A stretch of DNA of 64,000 nucleotides from Takakia lepidozioides (lineage: Eukaryota > Plantae > Bryophyta), in NCBI GenBank assembly GCA_030704615.1, contig CM060731.1, positions 92,380,001-92,444,000 of the forward strand. The letters are read 5' to 3'. Below are positions 37,726-49,386 of this stretch, one piece after another. Position numbers and translations under genes: made by a program. Under the pieces are notes generated by a model, which saw nothing but the letters and a program-made list of their open reading frames with translations, made no database searches and was not told where the DNA came from. Position 1 is the stretch's first letter. Each line of letters opens with the position of its first letter.

Positions 37726-38791
37726 TTACTCACATGCGAAATCGTCGTCCAAGAATTTGTCGTCCCCTTCGTTGATTTCCACATGCACTATACCCTCCTG
37801 TTGTTGGGCGGCAGGTGCCGGCGCTGGTGCTTCCAAGTTATGGAGGAGGTCATTGAAAATGTCTGCATCCCCTTCCATACCAAACAAATGCCTGCCCGCT
37901 GCCTTGCAAGCATGGTACGAAGCTCCTGCAAGACAGAGTTCTCTCAGGACACATATAAACAAATTTTGCACCAAAAAGAAAACACCGCAGCAGGTTGGGG
38001 GTGAAACTTGTGCCAAGAGTGAGGTCCACGATACGCGCCCCCGGATGGGAACAAGTCTCCACAATTGTTTGAATAAATGTTGGGCTCTTCTCCTTGGCCC
38101 CTCTCCATGGTGTGGAGTTGGACTTTCGCAAGCACACATTGGAATCCACGTAATTGTAGTGCATGTCGTCCACCACTTGATTGAACTTATTGTTGATGAA
38201 AGAACCTCCCCCATGAAGCCTGAACTCCTTCACTATTGTGGGAGTTGAAGTAGGGTGCACTCTGACGAGGCAGACGGCCTCAAAAAGGCGGGTCTACACA
38301 CAAGACAACATGAAGCACATATTAGTGAATCCAAAAAAATTCATCTGGAAAGAACAGTGCTTGACACCTCTGAAAATGAGTGCGTTGACGCACTCATTTC
38401 TACAGGAGTGAAATGGAACTTAAAATGAAGCATGCAAGAGAAAGTCGATTACCATTTGTCCGGGACAGTCGCCCTTTGTCAAGTACAGGCTGTTCACACC
38501 ATTCCACGTTTTGATGATTTTCATCCCCGAGGCCTTGAGGTAGCTTGCAAGCTCCCGTCGACATTTCGTATTGACCGACTGGATCATTACAAGAACCCCT
38601 GCATCCGATAAAAAAAAATTGCAAAATGAAAAGACACACCGCCAGTACCTCTCATCAAATGCATTCCATGTTGGGCAAGTGCCTGTGGGTAGGATGTCCG
38701 GTACTGGCAGCCCATCCGGAATGTCCACAATCACCATGTCGGCACAACATGGTTTCAGAGAACCATTGACCCAACACTGCCCTTTTGAAAC
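37726..38791 (-). CDS. N6-adenine/N4-cytosine DNA methyltransferase-like domain (three exons)
   Basis: ADMVIVDIPDG (motif IV-like), FLSDAGVLVM, PWRGAKEKSPTFIQTIVETCSHPGARIVDLTLGT|.ASYHACKAAGRHLFGMEGD (motifs X-I-II); the IV-before-I order defines the beta class. Confidence 0.75.
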
Positions 38792-40463
38792 CTGAAAACA
38801 GACAGACGGAAAAAATTAAATAACTATCCAAAAGGGAAAACAGTAAAGGAGACAAACAGTGGGAATTGGCTTACCGAGTCAAGGAATGCACACAGCTTGC
38901 CCCAAGTTTGAGAGGGATCATTCACAATCTCGCATTTACATTCTCGATGGATTCTGGATGGGTGCTCCACTGCGTCGTATGGCTCAATCCTCCCCTTACG
39001 TTTTCGTTCCTTGTTTGCAATTGGGGTCTGCGCTACCTCACCCCCCGTAGTCTACCCTTGGGTGGTCTTCTCCTTCCCTTTGTCCTTTGTACCCTTTCCC
39101 TTTCCCTTCCCTCTCGCAGGAGTTTTGTTGGCTGCGGGTTCATTTTCAGCGAGGTTTCGCAGATTCCTCTCATGCAATTCCTTGTCAGTAAGAGGGGCCA
39201 AAGACTCTGCATTGTCGTTCTGGTTCCGTGTCTGCAACTCATACCAGGGGCAATCTGATTTTGGAATGTCGAGATACCAACAGCAGTCTTTCAGGTGATA
39301 TCTCCCGTAGTCTCTAAGGATGGCTGCCGTGTACATGGTCTGACTGTTAGAGGGGTCAGACCACAAGTCGATGAAGGCAGGGTACTTACTGAGGTTTTTT
39401 CCCGGAATGAGCACGTTCTTGATATATACCTACAAAACAAAAGAGGTGCACTTTTAGACATTGAAGGCAAAAAAACATATATTGCGGCCCTCCCAAAATG
39501 CGTGCGTCGACGCACACAGTTTGGGGTCCACAAATTCTTGAGCATGAGGCAACCAAAATACACAAGTGAAGTACCATATGCAAGAACAGGAGAAAACAAA
39601 GGGTTCCATATGCAGAAAGTTATCCCCTTCTCGGTAGACAAAAAATTCCATTCAAAACTACCAACGAAACATTGAAATCCAGGATGGAGGAGAGAGCACA
39701 TCTGAGTTTGTGGCCCTCTAAAATTGCGTGCGTTGGCGCATGCAATTTTTCATGGCCACAAACTGCCTGTCGAGGTTTACTATTTCATGAGCGCATGAGC
39801 CCATGAGCCCATGAGCCTATGAGCTCATGAGCGGACATCCGCGGAATTGGAATTTTCCTGCCTTTATTGACGGTGTTATGTCCTCTTACCTCGGTAATAG
39901 GGTCTGTTTCTCCTGGTCCAGGATGCGGAATGAGGTATTTCGGCGCCGTTATTCTCAAGAGTAGTGTGCTAAAATGGTGTTTTGAAGACATCCACCGGGG
40001 TATTTCGGCACCAAAATTACCTCTTAAAATGTGATATAGTGCGGTATTTAATGGCGCAGAACGGGCTATTTGGGCGCCGAAATACCCAAGTGGAATGTGC
40101 TGAAGTGCCTTGTGCTGAAGGCTTCCATCGCGATATTTTGGTACAGTAATTCATCCGTGGAATTTTTGAGGCCCATATAACGAAGGCGCGCATTGGGCTA
40201 TTTCGGCGCCAAATTTCCCAATAGGAATGTTAGAAACGGCAGGGTTTTCATGGCTTCAAGTTCTCGGCTCGATGGTGTGCATAAATTACTTGTAGGGTTC
40301 TTCACTGAAGTTTGCGTCTCTTCTGCTTTTATTATACATTTTGGTTGGTAGAAGAAATGTAGGGAATCGGACAAGCAGTCTGAACACAATGATTTTTCAA
40401 ATCGTCAATATTTTCATTAAGTGTTTCAGAACTGTACAACAAAAGGATCCAAATGAGACTTTG

Positions 40464-42369
40464 CTATGGTGAGGATCCGCTATCACTGTCCGATGCATCC
40501 CCGGCCTCATGCAAGGATGGCTGCCTTCCACCTGCCTCCGAACCTGCACTGCCGCTACCGCTGTTACTCTGAGAAGCCCTCCCCTCAAAAATACCATCCT
40601 CACCAGCCGGAACTGTCCACCTGGGTGCGGAAGTGTCCTCAACATTCCCCTCGCTCTCGGACGCGGATTCTATTACGAACTTCCCTACTCTGCCTTTCAC
40701 AATTCTATGTTTGGCCTCACGCCTCATTATAATTCTCTGCTCATTCCCGTATGTCAATTGCTCTAACCGAGTAGGCCTATCCTCCCTCCTGATGGCTTCT
40801 CTGGCAGCCGTGTCTGCATAGGCTGGTAGAAAAAAAGGCTTATGGGGACTCGCGAGAAACGATTTTCTGGCAAAGAATGGCCGATGCGATTCTGTCTCCT
40901 CCTCTGCAACAGGGTCCGATTCAGGCAAGTCTCCCAGCTTCTCCTCGTCGGACGACTCTGCAAGGCTGAGTGTACGCACAAACATAGAATGAAGTACATT
41001 AGAGAATTCAAACAGGGAATCATCGGCAGGTTGCATGGTCCCTACAACCGAAACCAATACACTTACTATGGTGCAACTCACTCGAAGACAGGCATTGGGG
41101 GAAGCGGCTTCGGGCGCCCCTGCATCGAACGAATTTCCTGGACTTCCTCCTCTTCATCTTCCTCCTCCCCTTCCACGTCATCTTCTGCGTTTTTGGGATC
41201 CTCAGTCGGAGGCAAACGCTGAAGGCCCGCCAAATTGTAATCGTACAAGGCCGTATCCCCCTCAAATGAGAACACAAATCGGTTCGACATCCTTCCCGCC
41301 CACATACAGGCACCTGCGACACAACCACAACCAAACTCAAGAATGAGTCGCTTCCTCGCACAAGCAAACATACACAAACAGAAATGGTGTCAATTTTGGT
41401 GCCGCATTCAATTAACGTTCTCACCTGTATTTGCAGTGATGTTGAGGACCCTGCCTTCAACATCCGTACATGTTTCCATGAGCGTCTGGGATGAATGCAG
41501 GACTCCTGGTCCTACCATACCTCCATGGCTTGCCCGACAAATCACAAAGAATGTCCTTCTCTCCCACATGGTTGAACAGGACGTTATACTCCAGTGGATC
41601 AACTGTGGAATCAACAAGTCTTCCTGTTTCACGTAATTCGAATTTCTAATGTTTCTTCACGAAGCAAAATACCTGAAAGATAAGAGTCTGCAGAGAAGGA
41701 AATGTCCTGGAGGTTTTGCTCCTCCGCAAGCTCCAGCAGGTTCTGATCATCGCCAAGTCGTACCACGTTGTCGTCCTCTCCTTCTGTCAGCTCAATGGGC
41801 CGCCCTTCTGCAGATCCAACTCCCACATCTCCAGCGGCCTCCACCGCATCCGTGTTTTTTGAAATTGACTGCAAACCCAATATCTCCGCTTCCAGTCTCC
41901 CTAGGGGTTTTACTGGCGAAGCCATGGGCTCCTTCTGCTTCCTCGACTTCCGAACTCTAGGTGGGCTTTTCTGAGGCGATATCTGAGGTGTTGAATGAGG
42001 ACTCGCCTGCCTCGATGCACTTCCACCTTGCGAGCGCAGCACCCGAGCAGGAGTATCCAAAGTTGACTGTGTTGCTTCGCCCCCCTGCGATCCTTCCCCA
42101 GCTCCCATGTCAAACAAACAGGAAAACATGAGACACTGCACGCAAAAAAAAGGTGTAAAAGGAATATTGCGTATGGAGTGCTTCACATCCGCAAAGCACG
42201 AATCTCTCACTGGTGGGCGATCCGAGTCTCCGGATAACGAGGTCTGCATTTCATGCATGAGACGGAGCTTAAGTCGTGTCGTCGGCGGCTTCCCAAAATC
42301 CCGCGTCCTCCTTCTCTTTGCCGGAGTCGCCTGACCTTCCACAAACTCTATGCTACCACTATGCCGCAT
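40464..42369 (-). pseudogene. Probable spliced gene for an acidic/low-complexity protein of unknown function
   Basis: Consecutive minus-strand ORFs 41629-42369, 41408-41632, 41078-41377 and 40464-41081 with protein-like composition; no recognisable domain. Confidence 0.45.
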
Positions 42370-42769
42370 AAGGAGAGGAAACGCAGGAAAATGTCACTGC
42401 AGAAGGGCAAGGAGCGAGAGAGCGAAGCGGTGGAACATGCAACCACTATGCACGAGCAGATGTGTAAGCAGCCACGTCTCCCAAAGCGTTGCCACCGTCC
42501 ACCACTTTCTGCCGTATGGGTGATGAAGAGATTGTGACCCCTGACATGTTCGCACGGATGAAGTCGACTGGAACACGACGCGTGCCAGTTCCAGCCACCA
42601 GTACAAGACGGCTTATCCGAATTGCGGCACCGAAATACCTTCCGTTCACCGGATGCTGTTCCCGGAGCAGCCGACATTGAATGAAATATCCGCACATCAT
42701 GAAACCCAACCGCCATGAAAATCCCTTGCCTATAACATTCAACAGTCAGGTCGGTACGTTTCATCAGCG

Positions 42770-44420
42770 GACGGATGAATTTCGGCGCCGAAATTCATCC
42801 TATTCACGTGCTTTCGTACACAAACTTACAAATTTCGGCGCCGCAATTCATCGCTTCCCAAGTCCTCATTCATCATGAACAAACCTGTCAGTGGGATATC
42901 GGAGCCGGAATTAATTCCGGGACAGTGGAAACGGCTGCACTTGGGCACATTTCATCCATATTTCGGCGCCGAAATTCATCCAGAGCGAAGACTAAATCGG
43001 CACCATGCTATGCTTTGCCGCCATCATTGCCCCTGACGGATGCTGTCCATGCCTGTTGGACTTGCAATTTCTGGACATTTAACTATAATTTCGGCGCCGA
43101 AATTATACTTTATGTGCGGCAACGTCCCGTGCAAAAAAGACCACTTAATGAATACTGTCGGTTTCAAATGAAAAAAACGGCTAAAATGCAATTAATTTTG
43201 ACAGAAGGGGTTCAATATGCCGATTTCTCCATTAAATGCAGAATATTCCTGTTATCTTCGTCGGAACGGGGTATTTCCAACGATTTACCGAAAATTATAT
43301 CATCTAGAAGCAAATAGTAAGTGTCGGGTTTGGACGAATTTCGGCGCCGAAATTCATCCATTTCAAAGAAAAATAAATATTGGAGGGAGGGCATTGGATG
43401 AATTTCGGCGCCGAAATCCGGCGCTCAAACCCTGAAAAGAATTTGGAGGGATGGAGTCGGTTGAATTTCGGCGCCGAAATTCATTGCTCGTGAAAAAAAA
43501 AATAAAAATCGGGAGGACTTCGGATGAATTTCGGCGCCGAAATTCATTGCTCGCGAAGGAAAAAAATAAAATTCGGGAGGACTTCGGATGAATTTCGGCG
43601 CCGAAATTCATTGCTCGCGAAGAAAAAAAATAAATTGAGAGGACTTCGGATGAATTTCGGCGCCGAATTTCATTGCTCCCGAAGAAAAGAAAAAAATTTC
43701 GAGAGGACTTCGGATGAATTTCGGCGCCGAATTTCATTGCTCCCGATGAAAAGAAAAAATTTTCGGGAGGACTTCGGATGAATTTCGGCGCTGAAATTCA
43801 TTGCTCACGGAGAAAAAAAAAAATTCGGGAGGACTTCGGATGAATTTCGGCGCCGAAATTCATTGCTCGCGAAGAAAAAAGAAAATTAGAAGGGAGTACT
43901 TGGATGAGATTCGGCGCCGAAGTTCATTTGTCGCAAAGAAAAAAAAAAAAAAAAAAAGACTTCAGATGAATTTTGGCACTGAAATCCATCCGCAGGGCAG
44001 CAGAATTAGGGTCGGAAAAGGAGATGAAGAATGAATTTCGGCGCTGAAATACATCCATTCTGCCGATTCAGGATTACTGTCATTCGGATGTCGGCACCGA
44101 TATCCGGACACGTGGTGAATCACGACTGTAATCAGGAACACATTCATCCGTATTTTGGCATCCAAATTCAACCCTCATGTGTAGAAACAATTTGATGAAG
44201 AAGATGTTCATCCGAATTTCGGCACCGAAATCCATCCGTTGGGTGCTTGGTCAGTTTCATGAGGTGAACAAATTACTATTTCTGTCGCCGGAATTCATCC
44301 CCTGGCTTCCAAAGTTGTTACATGACAGATATGTTCATCCAGATTTCGGTGCCGAAATTCATGGGAAGGCCTGATTTATTGTAGCCCAAGTGGTTGTACA
44401 TTACAATTCAGGCACCAAAT
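42770..44420. repeat. Array of the palindrome (GATGA)ATTTCGGCGCCGAAAT(TCAT), ~63-bp period
   Basis: About 18 phased copies between about 43335 and 44420, plus copies at about 42775, 42831, 42959 and 43087. Confidence 0.95.
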
Positions 44421-44737
44421 ATCCGATGTGAACTTGCTGTTGTCGTTCGTTTTTGTAACGTACGTTACATACCTTCATCTTTACGTGCACCGATCACCCA
44501 TCCTGTTGGATACGGAATCCTCTAGAAAATCATTTGTGTTATTAGGTAGGACACACTCTTCTCACTGCAGGACTTCGCTGCGGAGCGTACCGAGAGGTCC
44601 CGTCTTCAACATGGACTCCCGTGTTTGGGTAAACGTGTACTTCCATCCTGATTCTCTGAAAGCTAAAATACGTTCCACGAAATCCAATTCCCAGTCGTCA
44701 TCCTCCTCCCACGAGAAGCTCTTCGCCCCGCATACCG

Positions 44738-45157
44738 GTGGGTGACCCCGCAGCTTGGCCCATCCATCGGTGGGGGAAACTGAAAAGACGGCGGCCACCA
44801 ACAAAGGCGAATGACACCAGGATGGCCAACGCTCTTGCAATGCCCTGCATAATGCAAGGTTGCAGGAATGTTCCTCACCCCGGGATGGGGCGCATGTTTC
44901 AGTTGTCAACAGCCGGGTCTGCTGCGCGCAGTGTCGTGTATACAATCATGGTTTCACAGTACCCAGCTTGCAACTGTGAGGACTTCCTTGTTATGGAATC
45001 GAAGAATGCAGCATACGTCCCCTGCAAACACCTTTATTACATTTTTCTGAAGCGCATGAGTTGCATATCCGCAGTGGACGTCTTCATCCATGCTCCAACA
45101 CTGAGTTTCAACGAGCTGCACAAGGCCCTACGGCAGGACACTGGTCGGACTGCTTGA
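44738..45157 (+). CDS. Stand-alone SWIM zinc-finger protein related to the MULE transposase C-terminus
   Basis: PACNCEDF...PCKHLYYIF (CxCxnCxH); VPHPGMGR and FIHAPTLSFNE align with VPHPGYGR and FIHQATMSFNE in 53411-54193. Confidence 0.8.
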   Translation: MGDPAAWPIHRWGKLKRRRPPTKANDTRMANALAMPCIMQGCRNVPHPGMGRMFQLSTAGSAARSVVYTIMVSQYPACNCEDFLVMESKNAAYVPCKHLYYIFLKRMSCISAVDVFIHAPTLSFNELHKALRQDTGRTA

Positions 45158-45841
45158 CATTCCACATTCGGGAAGGAGAAAGTGGCAATTATATTACATT
45201 CATCTTCTTGCACCCTATTTTTTTTGTGAGGAATTATACACTTGGTGGTGCCGCATCGCCATGGCTACATGTGAATTTTGGTGCCGCAATACATGAGAAT
45301 GTGGTTTTTGGCCATGAATGGCATGCGCATGTTTTTTTTATTTTGGTTGTCTACAAATGGATCCGAGTAAAGCATACATTGTGTGGAGATTAACGGGCAT
45401 TGAGGCCTATTTTAGCGCCGTTTATGGTCTATGTACTGCATAGTGCTTCCTTGTTACTGTTCTTCATTCAATTTGTAGTGATTTCGCAGCCCATCCTGGC
45501 GTTTTCGTCCACCTTTATGAGAAGACTCCAATTTGCTACAAATACATTGTTACTGTTCTGCAAATGTGATGCCTTTACGAGATTGCTAGTTCTGTGTCCC
45601 AGTGGGAAGGGTCCTACTGCACATTCCAACATTTGCATACTGCACCTTGTGCAAACAACAATCCATACGACAAAGGACACGTCCCAGCATACTGGCAGTG
45701 AATTGCAAAAAACCTTAACAGAAGATTATCCAAGCATGTATATTCCCCATATGGCACAGGGAAGCTGCTTGATTTCTGAATGAAAATGTATGTGCCATGA
45801 GTGTCGGCGAGTCGAAACATGTCTACTCTAGCATACAAGAC

Positions 45842-46441
45842 CTATGGTCCCCTCGCCCAAGAAGAAGGAACTCTAACTGGCCTCTCAAGGACCTCCTGAG
45901 TGACCGGGTGCCTATATTTGAACAAAATGTCAGTGGTTTCTGTCGCCCGGTTGAAACTAACGAGGATGTCGTGTTTATCGATAGCGCCCCCTTGGTAGAA
46001 GGACATTTTCACAGTGGGCCCTGTGTTCCCCTCCTCCTCATCCTCATAACTGAAGAGAATGTCCCCACTTTCCGAGCCAGTCCGTCCACGCGTAAAGTTT
46101 TCACCTATGCACTCATCATACATCCACTCGCAACAATTCCAGCGATACAACAACGCTGTGCGTGATCTGTTCGGCTCCCACTCATGCGGAAAGTCCAGGT
46201 CCATGATGCGTAGGAACCACCTGCTCCCCAGCCGGGGTCCAGGAGAATCGTGCAATCCTGGAAGAAACTCCATTGCTCTCAGCTGGACAAGTCGAGGATC
46301 GTCCCTGTAAACATCCAGGAAAACAATGATGTCGTGTGCTTTCGGGAAAATGACTCCCGTCTGGCGTCGATAGATGTGATTCGGGCACGACATGGCCTCA
46401 CGACATAGCACAAACTCAAAGCAGGGAGGAGATGGGCACAA
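45842..46441 (-). CDS. Hypothetical protein (about 183-199 aa)
   Basis: Uninterrupted ORF with globular-protein-like composition, ATG at MSCPNH; no motif recognised. Confidence 0.45.
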   Translation of the reverse strand: MCPSPPCFEFVLCREAMSCPNHIYRRQTGVIFPKAHDIIVFLDVYRDDPRLVQLRAMEFLPGLHDSPGPRLGSRWFLRIMDLDFPHEWEPNRSRTALLYRWNCCEWMYDECIGENFTRGRTGSESGDILFSYEDEEEGNTGPTVKMSFYQGGAIDKHDILVSFNRATETTDILFKYRHPVTQEVLERPVRVPSSWARGP

Positions 46442-48332
46442 CAGAGAAGAGTGAAGAGCAAAATGAGAGCAAGGCCTCCCTTACCGTAAGGCGGGTATTT
46501 GCTCTCCGGAGCCCAATTTTGGCGTCGTTATTGGATGGAGTGCGGAAGCTTCAGCCGAGAATTTTGTTTCCGCAGGTCAATTTTGGCGCCGTTATTGGTT
46601 GCAATCCCTAGCCTTCAGCCGGGTATTTGGTTTCTGGACCCAATTTCGGCGCCGTTATCGGCTGCACTCCGGTGGCTTCAACCGAGTATTTGGTTTTCGG
46701 GGCCCATTTCGGCGCCGTTATCGCCTGCACTCTGGGTATTTTGGTTGGTGGAGCCCAATTACTTTCACCGTTGTTGTCTTCACTCCCGAGCCTTCAGTCG
46801 GCTATTTCTTTTCCTGTGCCCAATTACGGCGCTGTTATACCCAACCATCATGCACTTCTGCAACAGTACTATCCACGGTTATAGGTCGCCATTGCGTTTT
46901 CGGAGTCTGCAAACCCAGATCCTAATTCCGCTTGCGTCTCTGCCTCTGGGATAATTTTGGTGCCGTTATTGCCCAGAATTCAGTTTTTCTATGACCTGGC
47001 CTAGCGGTCCATGACCCTGGGCTCCAAGTCATGAGCGTACACTGGTACTCATGAGCGGAGTGCTTCCACCATGAGCGCGGAAATCTTCGATTTTTGATTA
47101 TTTTATAGTTTTGGGCCCGAAAAAAATCTGCCGAAATTTGAAGTGTGTTACTTTGCGGCTCATGGGTGAGCCATGCCCGCTCATGAGCTCATGAGCTCAC
47201 CGCTCATGAGCTCATGGAATAGCAACCCCCACTGCGTGTCTACTGATCGCCAAAGAATGTTTTCAAACATAAGACAAAATTAACGAACCTGTATAGGACC
47301 CTCTTCATGGCTCCCTCCGCCCGTACTGCTGGTCAAAATCATTTGTTCGGGAGATTCCTCCATCTCGGGAAAACTCTTTGAAGAAGCAGTTGCTCCAAGC
47401 TATGGCCTTCCACTGCCTCAAGTAATCCTCCAGAGTGTCCTCGGGCACGGTCATGGTAATTTTGTAGTCATAAAGTTGTTTCTCCAGCACCTTGTTTGCA
47501 CGAGCTTCAATCTGCAGGTATACATATGCATGGGTTAGAGTCCATTCATGGGAAGATCTTCTCAAAAATATCAAGCACAGAAAGTCCTGAAAAGTACCTG
47601 GCTCCAGTAGGTGGCTTTGTGCAACCATATATCAAGAACTTGGTCGCTGACGGGTTTGATGTGCCTGGTGTTCTCATCTCTTTCACCCCTAGGGAAGCAG
47701 TACACCGGTGAAGCTTTTCCTGTGTCATCTCCGGTTTGGTGTTATTGTTCCAGTGGATCCTCACCTGGTTAAGAAACTCGGGACCAAAATCAGGGTCAGC
47801 TATTCTCAGCTATTTCACGAAAGCGCTCATGAGCTTCTTCCGTATCTCATTCATCGTAAACTTCATGGCTTCCGCCACTCCCTTGGACGTCCTCAGACCC
47901 TCCAGGGTTTTCAAATAGTACTCCGCTTTTCCTCTCTCTCCAGCTTCAGCTATTTCTTGCTGCAAAACGTAATCCGAAATGAGATCACTTGTTACTGACA
48001 ATATCCCAACAGACAATGGAAGGCCAGAGCAATGGAATACTTACAGTGTACATGTACTCCATGAATGCTTCCCTTGTCAGCTTGTACCAGGTATCTGACG
48101 TTTTCGATGTCAAACATTTCTTGATTGACTCCGCACTCAGGATGCTCTTGAATGAATTGAGGGGCATCTGGCCGATATTCTGGATCCTGAATAGTGTGTG
48201 AAGAAGGTTCGTTGTCACATGGGCAGTTTTAGTTCCCCTGTCACATACAGTGGTGTGTCGTCAGTGAGTGCTAAAAGCAAACAGACAGTGAAGGAAAAAA
48301 TACGGACAATAACAGGTGAAGAAGACACTGAC

Positions 48333-48938
48333 TTGTTAACGTCATGCATTGCCGTCAACAGTGCTGTGATGTTTCCCTTGGGATCCAGCACCATTGAGGC
48401 CATAGAGTAGTGCCACTCCTCCTCGGTGCTATGATATCTCTCGCTCATGTTCCTCCAGGCAAGCAATCGGTGGTTCCCATCCCACACATGAAACATCTTG
48501 CCAGAGAAAGGCTGGGTGACGAGCCTCTTGCAAATGATAGATTCGAACTCATCGTTTATCTGTTGCCAGATAGGATCCCAGCCTCCAACAATGGACTCGT
48601 CCACCAACACTTCTCTGCTAGAGGAGTCTGCCAAGGACACGTAAAAAACAGATTGACCCTCTATGTATCCATGGCAAAAATCTTGTTCCAACTTTTGAAT
48701 GTCGTTCGTCAGAGCTGGTCGAATGAAGGGCATGGAGATCAAACGGCATAGGGGTATCATTATTTTTCCCCCAGGGACACCCATGGCCTTGATGACTTGG
48801 GCAGAATTCACTTTGGAGAAGGAAAGCAGATCTTTCGCTGTCTTCGTATGGCCTGCCATCGTCCTCCTCCTCAACAACCACCAGTTCCTGCTCAATGACT
48901 TCGTCCTCTACCTGAGCAGCACCTTTCCTTTTCTTCGT
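48333..48938 (-). CDS. ParB/Sulfiredoxin-like domain exon
   Basis: IPLCRL....IRP....DIQKLEQDF..GY, then FHVWDGNHRLLAW, matching the ParB/Srx (D)GxHR nucleotide-binding signature. Confidence 0.75.
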
Positions 48939-49107
48939 CTGCACTCAAAACAAAAGGTTACGAATGTAAAAGACTTGTGAGAAATTGCGTGCTTCAACGC
49001 ACACAATTTTCCACCCTCTGAAAGGTACTCATTTCTTGGCCCACTTCATACCCAAAGTCAATCTACTCTCTTCCATAAAAGTATGCAGCAGACATTTAAT
49101 CTAATCT

Positions 49108-49386
49108 CCCTGAATAGGCAGACTTTTCTGCCTATTCAGGGATTCTATCTTTGTTAACATAGCACAGCTGAGAGAAGGCCATACAGAGAACCTCCAGAAA
49201 AATGAGTGCATCAACGCATGCAGTTTCTGGCGGTTCTCTCGCACTCACTTTTTTGCCTATTCAGGGCTTTTCTGTCTCTGTTAACTCAGCACAGCTGAGA
49301 GAAGGTCATTGAGCAAACATTCAGAAATTGCGTGCGTTGACACACTTATTTTCTTGAGGTTCTCTGTATGGCCTTCTCTCAGCTGT
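49108..49386. repeat. Nested inverted repeats/hairpins in a cargo-gene intron
   Basis: CCCTGAATAGGCAGA...TCTGCCTATTCAGGG (49108-49141); 31-bp perfect inverted pair 49164-49194 / 49356-49386 that extends imperfectly inward. Confidence 0.8.

Larger units (their letters stand above)
39772..47230. mobile_element. Nested non-autonomous TIR element (Mutator-like) in an intron of the cargo gene
   Basis: TIR GAGGTTTACTATTTCATGAGC vs reverse complement GGGGGTTGCTATTCCATGAGC; CATGAGC subterminal repeats at both ends; TSD ACTGCCTGTC (39762-39771) / ACTGCGTGTC (47231-47240). Confidence 0.9.

Noticed and set aside
43212-44374. ORFs with repeated MNFGAEIH / EFRRRNS peptides
   Set aside because: By-product of the palindromic DNA repeat, which reads the same on both strands
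43335-44420. CRISPR-like array (palindromic ~25-bp repeat with ~38-bp spacers)
   Set aside because: Central spacers are copies of each other, repeats degrade on both sides, no cas genes are present, and the context is a eukaryotic TE
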